Below, piece after piece: positions 7,185 through 15,383 of a DNA stretch of 51,061 nt (the stretch's first letter is position 1; every line of letters begins with the position of its first letter). Location: NCBI GenBank assembly GCA_964354555.1, contig CAYHAF010000001.1, forward strand, positions 1 to 51,061. The letters run 5' to 3'. A program made the position numbers and the translations under genes. A model generated the notes under the pieces. That model had not been told where the DNA came from. It saw only the letters and a program-made list of their open reading frames with translations, and ran no database searches. The DNA comes from an uncultured Candidatus Saccharibacteria bacterium. Lineage in GTDB: Bacteria > Patescibacteriota > Minisyncoccia > Minisyncoccales > JAHCRE01.

Positions 7185-7318
7185 ACCAAACGAGCTTATG
7201 TTTTAAGACTTTTGAGAAGTCTTAAAACTTTTACTCGTACTTTAAATTTATTATTTTATCCTTTATTTTCCCCACACGAAATTTTTTCTATGAACTAAAG
7301 CTCGTTATGGTGTGGGGG
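7178..7318. repeat. PE-A clamp element filling the rnhA / DHH-gene spacer
   Basis: CCCCCACACCAAACGAGCTT (7178-7197) versus AAGCTCGTTATGGTGTGGGGG (7298-7318). Inner hairpin TTTTAAGACTT/AAGTCTTAAAA (7201-7227). Confidence 0.8.
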
Positions 7319-7326
7319 TTCATATT

Positions 7327-8475
7327 TTATCTTACTTCTTTTATCAAACAATTTTTGAATTTTTCCAATTGCTCATTTTTGACTCTAAAACCCGAGGCCA
7401 GAGCATGTCCGCCATAAGTTTCCAAAAGTCTTGCGCATTTTGCCATCAATTTTACACTATCAAATCTTGAAGGAACCCTAACTGCTCCTTGGCTTTCTTT
7501 TTTGTCAATTCTGAATAAAAAAGTTGGTTTTTGGTATTTTTGACAAATCCTTGAAGCGGCTGGTCCCAAAAGCGCAAGAGGCCAACCATTTCCTCCCTCA
7601 AAAACTATCTCCTCTTTTGGTTTTTTAACAATTCTATCTTCTATTTCTCCGACTATTTCCTTAATTCTTAAATGTTTTTGCTGGCTTTTTTTAAAAAGTT
7701 CTTCTGCCATTATTTTAGCTTTTCTTTCGTTCTGTTCCGTTAAAAGAAGATAAGCTTCGTTCAAATGGTCTTTTTTTTCAGCAGCATTTAAAGAAGAGAT
7801 TACTTTTTGAGTAAATTCCTGGAAATTTTTATAATTTTTAGGAGGATCAATAAAGAAATAAACTTTTAAACCAGGCCGCCAGGTATTTCTTAAAGAATTC
7901 AACCCTTCCTCTATAAAAAGATTGTTTTCCTCAATTCGCGGCATCAAATCAGCAATAGTTGCAAGAGCCACTAACTCAAGAAAATTATCTCTTAATTTTT
8001 GAGTTAATTTTTCTTTTAATAGAATTTCTGAAAGTTTGAAAACTATTCCAACCGTTGCTAAGCCCTTAAAAGAATACTTATCATTTTTTTGTTTTGGATC
8101 GACAACAACAGAAGCCTGAGGAACCTTACCCAAAATCTGATGGTGATCAATGATAATCACCTCAAAACCTAATTTCTTGGCAATTTTTACTTCTTCGAAA
8201 TTTCCTATCCCAAGGTCTAAGGTAATAAATAAAGCTGGGGAAAATTCTTTCAAATAATCTAATCCTGTTTTTGTTATTCCATATCCTTCTGTTTCTCTGT
8301 CAGGAAAATAAACAGCGGAAATTTCTCCGCCTAAATTTCTAATGCTTTCTTTTAGTATAATAACCGAAGTTACGCCGTCTAAATCAGCATCTCCGTAAAT
8401 AATGAATTTTTCTTTGTTTTTTACAGCCTTTAGGATTCTGTTAGCTACTTTTTGAAGATTTTTAATCTTTGGCAT
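7327..8475 (-). CDS. DHH/DHHA1 phosphoesterase (RecJ-like core)
   Basis: 382 aa. DADLDGVTS, IIIDHHQ and GGHALASGF motifs. Confidence 0.75.
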   Translation of the reverse strand: MPKIKNLQKVANRILKAVKNKEKFIIYGDADLDGVTSVIILKESIRNLGGEISAVYFPDRETEGYGITKTGLDYLKEFSPALFITLDLGIGNFEEVKIAKKLGFEVIIIDHHQILGKVPQASVVVDPKQKNDKYSFKGLATVGIVFKLSEILLKEKLTQKLRDNFLELVALATIADLMPRIEENNLFIEEGLNSLRNTWRPGLKVYFFIDPPKNYKNFQEFTQKVISSLNAAEKKDHLNEAYLLLTEQNERKAKIMAEELFKKSQQKHLRIKEIVGEIEDRIVKKPKEEIVFEGGNGWPLALLGPAASRICQKYQKPTFLFRIDKKESQGAVRVPSRFDSVKLMAKCARLLETYGGHALASGFRVKNEQLEKFKNCLIKEVR

Positions 8476-8505
8476 CTCATCAAATTTTCCTAATTCCTCT
8501 ATTTT

Positions 8506-9543
8506 TTATCCTAAAGCTTCAACGCCTGGCAGTTTTTCGCCTGAAAGAAAGACCAACATAGCGCCTCCGCCAGTAGAAATATGGGAAAATTTATCAACTA
8601 ATTTAAGACCTTTAATAAACTCAACAGTTTCTCCACCACCAGCAATAGAAAAAACTTTGCTATCAATAATTGCTCTGGCAATCTCTTCCGTTCCCTTTTT
8701 AAATGCTTTTTCTTCAATTTTACCCAAGGGCCCATTCCATATTATCGTTTCAGCTTCTATTATCTTTTCTCTGAATAGCTTTATGGTTTTTGGACCTATA
8801 TCCAAACCTCCCTCTAAAGAATCCAGAGGTTTTATAATCTTTTCTGGATTCTTAATCTCGATTTTCTTTTCTTCGATTTCTTTTTCAATTAAACCGCTGA
8901 TTAAAACCTGATCGCAGATTTCTGAAATTCTATTTATAAATTTCGCCTTAGTTTCTACTTTTTTTCCTCCGATAATTGCTAGCATTGGTCTTTTAGGATT
9001 TTCGAAAATTTTCCTAAGATATTCAATTTCTTGCTCTAATATCAATCCGGCTCCGCACGGTAAATATTTTGTTATCCCGACTATTGAAGCATGGGACCTA
9101 TGACAAACACTAAAAGCCTCGTTTATATAAATATCTCCTAACTTTGATAGTTCTTTAGCAAAATTCAAATCTCCTTCTTCTTCCTCCTTATGGAATCTTA
9201 GGTTTTCCAATAAAATAATTTCGTCTTTAATTTTTAATGTTTTTTCTTTTATATCTTCTCCTATGCAATCTTCTGGTTTTATAACAGATTTTCCTAATAA
9301 TTCTTCTAACCTCTTTTGGACATTAGTTAATCTCAGGGTTTCCACAACTTTTCCCTCTGGATCGTCCAGATGGCTCATTAAAATTATTTTCGCTTCCTTT
9401 TGAGTTAAATAATTGATCGTGGGTAGAGTCTTTTGAATCCTGAAGTCATCTAAAATGTCCCCTTTTTCGCTTAGGGGGACATTGAAATCGCATCTCACTA
9501 AAACTCTTTTATTTTTAAAATTAAAGTCCTTTAGTGTTTTCAC
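8506..9543 (-). CDS. pgk: phosphoglycerate kinase (short form)
   Basis: 345 aa. VLVRCDFNVPL N-terminus and GGGETV / STGGGA C-terminal motifs. Confidence 0.9.
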   Translation of the reverse strand: MKTLKDFNFKNKRVLVRCDFNVPLSEKGDILDDFRIQKTLPTINYLTQKEAKIILMSHLDDPEGKVVETLRLTNVQKRLEELLGKSVIKPEDCIGEDIKEKTLKIKDEIILLENLRFHKEEEEGDLNFAKELSKLGDIYINEAFSVCHRSHASIVGITKYLPCGAGLILEQEIEYLRKIFENPKRPMLAIIGGKKVETKAKFINRISEICDQVLISGLIEKEIEEKKIEIKNPEKIIKPLDSLEGGLDIGPKTIKLFREKIIEAETIIWNGPLGKIEEKAFKKGTEEIARAIIDSKVFSIAGGGETVEFIKGLKLVDKFSHISTGGGAMLVFLSGEKLPGVEALG

Positions 9544-11203
9544 CTTTTTTTTCTTCGTTGTTTTTATTATTTAAAGATTTTTCTATAGCTTCTCTTAATT
9601 CTCCCAAGTTAATCGGCTTTTTTATTTTTTTAGAATTAGAAAATGGTGTTGGCTCAGCCTTAAACGCTTCATTTAAAGAAATGGCTCTGTTTTGAGATGG
9701 GTCTGGAGTAATTCTTTGATTAGTATTTTGGCTTTCCGATTCTTTAATAATAGTATTATTTTTCTGTTTTTTTATTTTGCCTAAGCAAGTCTTGCAATAT
9801 ACTGGCCTTACTCCATCAGGAGGAAAGATGACTTTTGTCCATTTGTTACATGAAGAACATTTAGCATCATATAAAGCTTGTGTCGGCTGCGACTGGGGAA
9901 TGAAAACTTTTGGCACTTCTAAAACTTTTGACCAGCGGGCTATTTTGTCCTCAACTACTTTTCTTGAAGTTCCGTATCTCTCTCTTGAAACTTTAATAAT
10001 TTTTTCTTTATTTGATTTTGGTGGTTTTTCTGTCGGAGGCAAAGTTTGGGCAGAAAAAGGGCTGCTTGCTAATCCATCAATCATTAATTTTAAATAAATA
10101 TTGTATTTTGCTGAATTAACCAAATCTTCAGCAGTAAACTCAGGAGAAAATTCTCTTTCTAAAAATTCAGCGTCTTCGGCTCCAACCCGAAAACACATAA
10201 TTGTTCCAACGTTTCCGAAAACAGCATCTCTTACTTCTTCCTCCATCTGAGTGATATATTGGTGCCCGAGAACGAGGCCTAACCTGTATTTCCTGGCTTC
10301 AGATAGAATATTAACAAAAGATTCAGTGGCGAAATTCTGGAACTCATCAACATATAAGAAAAAATCTCTCCTCTTTTCTTCTAATATATTCACCCGGGAC
10401 ATGGCCGCCAATTGTATTTTTGTTATTAAAAGCGCCCCTAAGAGCATGGAATTGTCCTCTCCGATTCTTCCTTTTGATAGGTTCAAAATTAATATTTTAC
10501 CTTCATCCATAATCTTTCGCATATCAATAGTTGAGCTTACCTGGCCGATAATATTCCTAATCAAAGGGTTGGAAATAAATTGTCCGACTTTATTCTGAAT
10601 GGCGGCAGTTGCCTCAATTTCATACCTTTGGGTGTATCTGGCATATTCGGTAACCCAAAAAGACTTGACCACAGGGTCAGTAATTTTTTCCACCACTTTT
10701 TTTCTGTATTCAACGTCAGCCAACATTCTATTTATCCCAAGCAAGGTAGAATTCGGATACTCCAAAAGCGCCAAAATTGAATTGTTTAAAATATATTCCA
10801 TTCTGGCTGACCAAACGTCCGGCCAGATTTTCTTGAAAACTCCCATCAGTCCCGAAGCTACCAAGTGCCTCTGCGTAAAACCAACGCTCTCCATCACATT
10901 GAAAGCAATTGGATATTCTACATCGGCAGGGTTAAAATAAACAACGTCATTGACTCTGTTAGAAGGTATAAAATCCAGCAAACTTTCTGCCGCTTCCCCA
11001 TGAGGATCAACAAAACCCACTCCTCGACCAGCCATAATATCCTGAATAACCATATTTTCCAAAAGAGCGGTCTTCCCCATCCCTGTTTTACCAACAACAT
11101 AAATATGCCGACGTCTGTCGTCGAGTTTTACCCCAAATTTTTTCCTTTCGTTTCTAAAAGTTGTCTCGCCGAGAAAAATTATATTATTATTGTTATTTGG
11201 CAT
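9521..11203 (-). CDS. TraD/VirD4-like P-loop ATPase with C-terminal CxxC...CxxC zinc ribbon
   Basis: 560 aa. Walker A GKTGMGKT, Walker B FFLYVDEFQNF, no TM segment. C-terminal CSSCNKW...YCKTC. Confidence 0.7.
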   Translation of the reverse strand: MPNNNNNIIFLGETTFRNERKKFGVKLDDRRRHIYVVGKTGMGKTALLENMVIQDIMAGRGVGFVDPHGEAAESLLDFIPSNRVNDVVYFNPADVEYPIAFNVMESVGFTQRHLVASGLMGVFKKIWPDVWSARMEYILNNSILALLEYPNSTLLGINRMLADVEYRKKVVEKITDPVVKSFWVTEYARYTQRYEIEATAAIQNKVGQFISNPLIRNIIGQVSSTIDMRKIMDEGKILILNLSKGRIGEDNSMLLGALLITKIQLAAMSRVNILEEKRRDFFLYVDEFQNFATESFVNILSEARKYRLGLVLGHQYITQMEEEVRDAVFGNVGTIMCFRVGAEDAEFLEREFSPEFTAEDLVNSAKYNIYLKLMIDGLASSPFSAQTLPPTEKPPKSNKEKIIKVSRERYGTSRKVVEDKIARWSKVLEVPKVFIPQSQPTQALYDAKCSSCNKWTKVIFPPDGVRPVYCKTCLGKIKKQKNNTIIKESESQNTNQRITPDPSQNRAISLNEAFKAEPTPFSNSKKIKKPINLGELREAIEKSLNNKNNEEKKGENTKGL

Positions 11204-11205
11204 AT

Positions 11206-12591
11206 TTATTCTTCCTTTATTTCTTCCACAGGAAGCTCTACTTCTTCTATCGGAAGACTAGCGGGGGGACCAGCTTTTTTAGCTTCCACATAGGACATAG
11301 AAGGAATAGTAATTTTTGACGGGAAATGATAAATAGTAGCTAATTCTTCGGAATTCAAAATAATCGTTCCCCTGATCCCCGGGCTTGGAGGATAACGTAT
11401 TAACCGATGAAAAAAAGGGATTTTTCCTTCAAAATTCCAAGGGAAATATGAAGGTATTCTTTCAACATAATCCCTGAACTGCTTTCTTTTTCTCATAAAT
11501 AACCTTCTTTCTCTAAACCAATAATGAATCTTACTCCTTGTCGGGCCCCAATAAACAATAGCGTTCATGTTTGAGGTCGAAAATTGATTAAAATAAGATT
11601 TTGCCATTTTACTGGCACCAAGAGTACGAGCTCCGTCTTTTTTAAAAAGGTATATTCCCCTTATCCAAACTTTATAACCGAGTTTAGAAATTTTAGTTTC
11701 AATTCCGGCCAAAACCTCTCTTTCACCCGGAGTCAATTTCATTTCAGGAGGAATAATTTCTTCGGATTTCTTTTCCTCTTCTGCTTCTTCTGATAACGGT
11801 ATCCCTCTAAAGAAAAGGTCTTCTAGATCGCTGATTAATTTCACCAGCCATCTGAAAAGTGGCGGACTTGAGAGCTCTTTTCTTCTGGCTATCTTATCAG
11901 CCAGCTTCCTCCCGTTAGTTATCCAAGGAATATCTTTATTAAGAATTGGAGCAATATTAATTTGAAGCCAAAATTGTTCAGTTGGTTTTAATTTTGAATA
12001 AGATTCCAAAATATTAGTGATAGGATCCAGTCTTTTTTCTTCTTTTACCGCTTCCGGTTTTTCTTCAAAAAACTTTGAATAAGTATTTATCGGATAAGAA
12101 TCTTCTCTAAACAAAGAGTAGTCCTCTCCATAAAGATCCCACTCTTTATTCGGAACATCTTGGGGAACGTTTTTTGTATAATCATCAACTACCTTAATTT
12201 CAGCATCCGGATACTGGGAATAAATTGTTGATTCGGCCAAATCGCGCCAAACATCTAAAATCCTTAAATAAAAATGAATCTCTCCACCAATCCCCACTAT
12301 CTCGCAAGAAAACCAGTGTGGGGCCTTTGGCAGTTGACCTTCACAATTTGCTTCTCTCCAATTACAGCTATCATAAACTCCCCACATAACAGAATAGATA
12401 GTCTCCATTGCCCTGAAGGGTTTCAAAATTTCTTTTGGCGGTATAACTTCAATTAAAATCCATTTCTTTTTCTTGTTCCAAAGCTCCCAATTTACCCACC
12501 ACAAATAAAGATATCGGGTTGGAAAATAAAGAATAACTGGAAGTATAAACCACCACCAAGCCTTTAAAAATTCAAAAATTAAAGAAGTCAT
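11206..12591 (-). CDS. membrane protein (2 N-terminal TM helices), unknown function
   Basis: 461 aa. Separated by 2 nt from the ATPase gene and 1 nt from the upstream small membrane ORF. Confidence 0.6.
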   Translation of the reverse strand: MTSLIFEFLKAWWWFILPVILYFPTRYLYLWWVNWELWNKKKKWILIEVIPPKEILKPFRAMETIYSVMWGVYDSCNWREANCEGQLPKAPHWFSCEIVGIGGEIHFYLRILDVWRDLAESTIYSQYPDAEIKVVDDYTKNVPQDVPNKEWDLYGEDYSLFREDSYPINTYSKFFEEKPEAVKEEKRLDPITNILESYSKLKPTEQFWLQINIAPILNKDIPWITNGRKLADKIARRKELSSPPLFRWLVKLISDLEDLFFRGIPLSEEAEEEKKSEEIIPPEMKLTPGEREVLAGIETKISKLGYKVWIRGIYLFKKDGARTLGASKMAKSYFNQFSTSNMNAIVYWGPTRSKIHYWFRERRLFMRKRKQFRDYVERIPSYFPWNFEGKIPFFHRLIRYPPSPGIRGTIILNSEELATIYHFPSKITIPSMSYVEAKKAGPPASLPIEEVELPVEEIKEE

Positions 12592-12592
12592 A

Positions 12593-12847
12593 TTAAATAG
12601 GGAAAAAATTTCTAAGAGCCGGTATATAATTAACTAAAACCGGGAGTATTAAAGAAACCAAAAACAAAACGACTAGGCCTATAGCTAGGATTTTAAAACC
12701 AACAAGAAAAGGGAGGACGATAGCGATAGTAATTCTTTCTTTTCTCTTATGCATTACCGACCAGGCATAGCATAAATAAAAAAAGACCAAAAAAAAGAAA
12801 GAAATAAATACAATTAAAGTAAAAATTGCGTTTTCAAAAAATTGCAT
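12593..12847 (-). CDS. small integral membrane protein (about 3 TM)
   Basis: 84 aa, highly hydrophobic, tightly packed in the same gene string. Confidence 0.5.
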   Translation of the reverse strand: MQFFENAIFTLIVFISFFFLVFFYLCYAWSVMHKRKERITIAIVLPFLVGFKILAIGLVVLFLVSLILPVLVNYIPALRNFFPI

Positions 12848-12849
12848 TT

Positions 12850-13872
12850 TTAGGCTTCTCTAACTTGATATTTTCCGTCGGGATTCTTAAAAAAGTATTT
12901 CTTATTGTTTAAGTTTAGAAAAACAGTGTTGGATTTTACTATTCTTTGTTTTAAAACTTTATCAAGTATCTCTTTCCTGGCTAAGGGTTTTTGCGATTCT
13001 TTCAAAACATTCAAAATTACATCCTTTACCTGACCTGGCTGATATCCCCACTCTCCCAAAGCATAAAGCCCTCTTCCAACCAAAACAAATCTGGAATCTT
13101 TTATTAATTCATTATGAACGGTCTGGGTAAGGGCTTTTTCGTGCAGAATCTTTCCAAATTCCGAACTATTAATTAATTTGGTAACTTCAGTAAAGTGGAG
13201 GGGTTTCTTTTCTCTCTTTAATATCAAATAAGCTTTATCTTTTACTCCCCTTGGATTAATTTCTGACCAATCTTTTAAACCATATTTTCCATCAACTCCA
13301 ACCTTAATCTGTTTTGAAATTTCAAACAAAGACTGCAGGGATTCGGAAGTTAACTTTTTTTCAAAGTGAGAATTAACCTCTTTTTTGACTTCTTCAAATG
13401 TTAGGGGTTTCTTTAGTTCCGAAAATCTCTTAATCAAAAAATCTATGGCTTCTTTGGCAAATTTTACTGAATTTTCATCAGTTGTCCAAAGAGAATAAAA
13501 ATCTTTTGTCTGATATAATTTTTTAAAATTACCACCCAAATTCAAAAAGAAAAAGGCCTGATTTTGGGATTTTAATCCACCCAATGATTCGAGTAATACA
13601 TCCTCTTTTCTTAAATTACCCGCTAACTTTATCTGCTCCTGGAAATAATTTAAAACTTCTTGATGTTCTTCAAGTCTTGGCCTTAATTTGGCAAAACCCG
13701 CTTCTTCTATCTGCCTTACTCTTTCTCGGGTTATACCATAAGCTTTTCCAATTTCTTCTAAAGTCTTTCTTTCGTTATTTTTGAGACCAAAACGCTGCTC
13801 AATAACGTCCTTTATTCTGGATGGCAACCCCTTTATTAAATTGTTACAAATTGTTTGATAATTATATTTCAT
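12850..13872 (-). CDS. sigma-70 region-4-like HTH plus HARE-HTH-like DNA-binding protein
   Basis: 340 aa. LEEIGKAYGITRERVRQIEEAGFAKLR resembles sigma-70 region 4.2. Repeated winged-helix-like PLHFTEV / PLARKEI segments. Confidence 0.55.
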   Translation of the reverse strand: MKYNYQTICNNLIKGLPSRIKDVIEQRFGLKNNERKTLEEIGKAYGITRERVRQIEEAGFAKLRPRLEEHQEVLNYFQEQIKLAGNLRKEDVLLESLGGLKSQNQAFFFLNLGGNFKKLYQTKDFYSLWTTDENSVKFAKEAIDFLIKRFSELKKPLTFEEVKKEVNSHFEKKLTSESLQSLFEISKQIKVGVDGKYGLKDWSEINPRGVKDKAYLILKREKKPLHFTEVTKLINSSEFGKILHEKALTQTVHNELIKDSRFVLVGRGLYALGEWGYQPGQVKDVILNVLKESQKPLARKEILDKVLKQRIVKSNTVFLNLNNKKYFFKNPDGKYQVREA

Positions 13873-13994
13873 GTTTATTATTTATATCATCTTAAAAGAC
13901 ATATGTCAATACCTTTTGCGGGACATAATAATTCCTTTTTCAGGAATTACACGTTCCAGCCGCGTTTAAATTTTTCTTTAAAAAATTTATTACG

Positions 13995-14073
13995 TGGCGG
14001 ACCCAAGGGGATTTGAACCCCTGATCTTCTCCGTGACAGGGAGACGTGTTAGACCAGGCTACACTATGGGTCC
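13995..14073 (-). tRNA. tRNA-Asp(GTC), CCA encoded
   Basis: GGACCCA TA GTGT AGCCTGGTCTA ACAC G TCTCC CTGTCAC GGAGA AGATC AGGGG TTCAAAT CCCCT TGGGTCC G CCA. Confidence 0.9.
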
Positions 14074-14098
14074 ACAAATGCCGGCGGTCGGATTTTCA

Positions 14099-14153
14099 CC
14101 CTGTTAAATAATTTCTCTTTTGGGAAATTCCCGCTTTGCGGGATTTAACAGGG
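14099..14153. repeat. PE-E palindromic element in the T loop of the outer shell
   Basis: CCCTGTTAAAT ... CCCGCTTTGCGGG ATTTAACAGGG. The same arms and inner hairpin occur at 45018-45081. Confidence 0.75.
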
Positions 14154-14199
14154 CGGGCCGACGACCTAGCGCTTACTCGCCCCCACACCATAATTATTG

Positions 14200-14385
14200 T
14201 GCCAGAGGTGGGGGTCGAACCTTCACCCGCCTAAATTTCTAATTATGGCTGCGAGAGGATTTGAACCTCTGACCCAACGCTTATGAAACGTTCGCTCTAC
14301 CACTGAGCTACGCAGCCAAAAATTTTTGGCGGGCAAGCGACCTCTCGCTTATGAAACGAATGCTCTACCACTGAGCTACTCTGGC
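14200..14385 (-). pseudogene. middle split tRNA(CAT)-like shell, interrupted at the T stem by PE-F arms enclosing tRNA-Met
   Basis: GCCAGAG TA GCTC AGTGGTA GAGC A TTCGT TTCATAA GCGAG AGGTC, then CCCGCC (14328-14333 on plus) ... GGCGGG (14226-14231), then GAAGG TTCGACC CCCAC CTCTGGC A. Acceptor 7/7, residual T stem only 3/5. Confidence 0.6.
14246..14317 (-). tRNA. tRNA-Met(CAT), elongator or Ile2-type, innermost gene of the nest
   Basis: GGCTGCG TA GCTC AGTGGTA GAGC G AACGT TTCATAA GCGTT GGGTC AGAGG TTCAAAT CCTCT CGCAGCC A. Canonical, 72 nt. Confidence 0.9.
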
Positions 14386-14529
14386 CGAATTTGGTGTGGG
14401 GGTGAAAAACGAATGCTCTTCCGGGGTGATTTTTAACGCCTCGCAGGGACGCTCAACTAAATCACCCGTGTAAGACAAGCAGTTGTCTTACACCCACTGA
14501 GCTACGCCGGCCCAGACCAAACTCTCTTG

Positions 14530-14600
14530 TTGCGGGGCTAGGAATTGCACCTAGGCTTCCAGCTTATGAGACTGGCGACCTACTACTGGTCCACCCCGCT
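14530..14600 (-). tRNA. atypical tRNA(CAT) with 1:72 A-A mismatch (possible initiator)
   Basis: AGCGGGG TG GACC AGTAGTA GGTC G CCAGT CTCATAA GCTGG AAGC CTAGG TGCAATT CCTAG CCCCGCA A. The T loop has TGC instead of TTC and there is no GGG/CCC anticodon-stem signature. Confidence 0.6.
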
Positions 14601-14672
14601 ATTTTACCTTGTTAGAAAAATTTATTAACAGAAGGGTAATTAAAATTTTAACAGGAAATAAGAATTAAGTCA

Positions 14673-14840
14673 ACCCCGCACTAATTTTGCCATAACATTC
14701 CTTGCAGCGCACGATGAGCGAATAGCTCAGTCCGCCAAAGGCGGACAATACTATTCGTATTAAGTGCGCTGCGATAATTTAATCTAATTCTGTAATGATT
14801 AAAATACGATACAATTGGAAAAGCAAAATTAGTGCGGGGT
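14673..14840. repeat. 168-nt clamped structured element (18-bp perfect arms ACCCCGCACTAATTTTGC)
   Basis: Arms 14673-14690 / 14823-14840. Nested inner helices GCAGCGCAC/GTGCGCTGC (14704-14712 / 14764-14772), CGAATAG/CTATTCG, TCCGCC/GGCGGA. Confidence 0.7.
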
Positions 14841-14855
14841 CAAGCCCAAAATCCT

Positions 14856-15383
14856 CTAAAAAGATTCTACTGATTTTATGGCCCTTCCATAGGTTTCTAA
14901 GTTTTTTTTCGCTTCTTCCAAACTTAATCTGTAGTCAGGGTCATGGATAATATTGTTTCGTACTTTATGGCTTTCATTGACTTCTTCCAAGTTTGGAATA
15001 ATGTCTGGAGTTATTTCGTCTAATTTCTCCCCCAATGATTCCTCTTTTTTGTATCCTATACTGGCTAAAGCTTCATTTAAAAGATCCTCGGCTTCAATAA
15101 TAGCCAATTTTAATTCATCCTCGCTTCCTGTTTCCAATCTTTTAATAATTTTTTTCCAAGCTTCACTGCTTTTTGGCGCTCCATAAGATTTAAAAGTAAA
15201 ATATTCTATAAAATCCTGAAGAAAAATCCTTTCAAACCAAGTTGTCTTTTTTAAAAAATAAATTATAACCAAAAAGAAAAATAAGGCAAAGAGCAAAAAT
15301 ATAATTTTTACAAAAACATGGGGGTGGGGAGAAAATTTCCATATTAAATATGAAATTTGATTTTGAAAATTTTCTGTTGTCAT
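14856..15383 (-). CDS. hypothetical membrane-anchored protein
   Basis: 175 aa, one TM helix, no recognised motif. Overlaps the gatA stop by 4 nt. Confidence 0.5.
   Translation of the reverse strand: MTTENFQNQISYLIWKFSPHPHVFVKIIFLLFALFFFLVIIYFLKKTTWFERIFLQDFIEYFTFKSYGAPKSSEAWKKIIKRLETGSEDELKLAIIEAEDLLNEALASIGYKKEESLGEKLDEITPDIIPNLEEVNESHKVRNNIIHDPDYRLSLEEAKKNLETYGRAIKSVESF

Larger units (their letters stand above)
14079..14511 (-). pseudogene. outer split tRNA-like shell: all four stems intact, every loop carries an insert
   Basis: Acceptor GCCGGCG/CGCCGGC 7/7. D stem GCTC/GAGC. Anticodon stem TTCGT/GCGAG. T stem GTCGG/CCGAC. Inserts: D loop hairpins 14468-14493 and 14424-14467; PE-A clamp 14393-14402/14180-14189 after loop TTTTCAC; 8-nt palindrome in the variable loop; PE-E in the T loop. 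Confidence 0.6.

Noticed and set aside
9521-13872. Conjugative or integrative element / complete type IV secretion system
   Set aside because: Only a TraD/VirD4-like ATPase is recognisable. No relaxase, VirB4, integrase or flanking repeats are in the window.
14079-14511. Group I or group II introns in the tRNA genes
   Set aside because: The individual inserts are 8-190 nt simple hairpins without P3-P7 or domain V-like cores, and they encode no ORF.
14673-14840. SRP RNA, tmRNA or 6S RNA assignment for the 168-nt structured element
   Set aside because: I could not find the SRP domain IV motifs, a tmRNA tag or tRNA-like end, or 6S-like bulge architecture. It is left as an unclassified clamped element.
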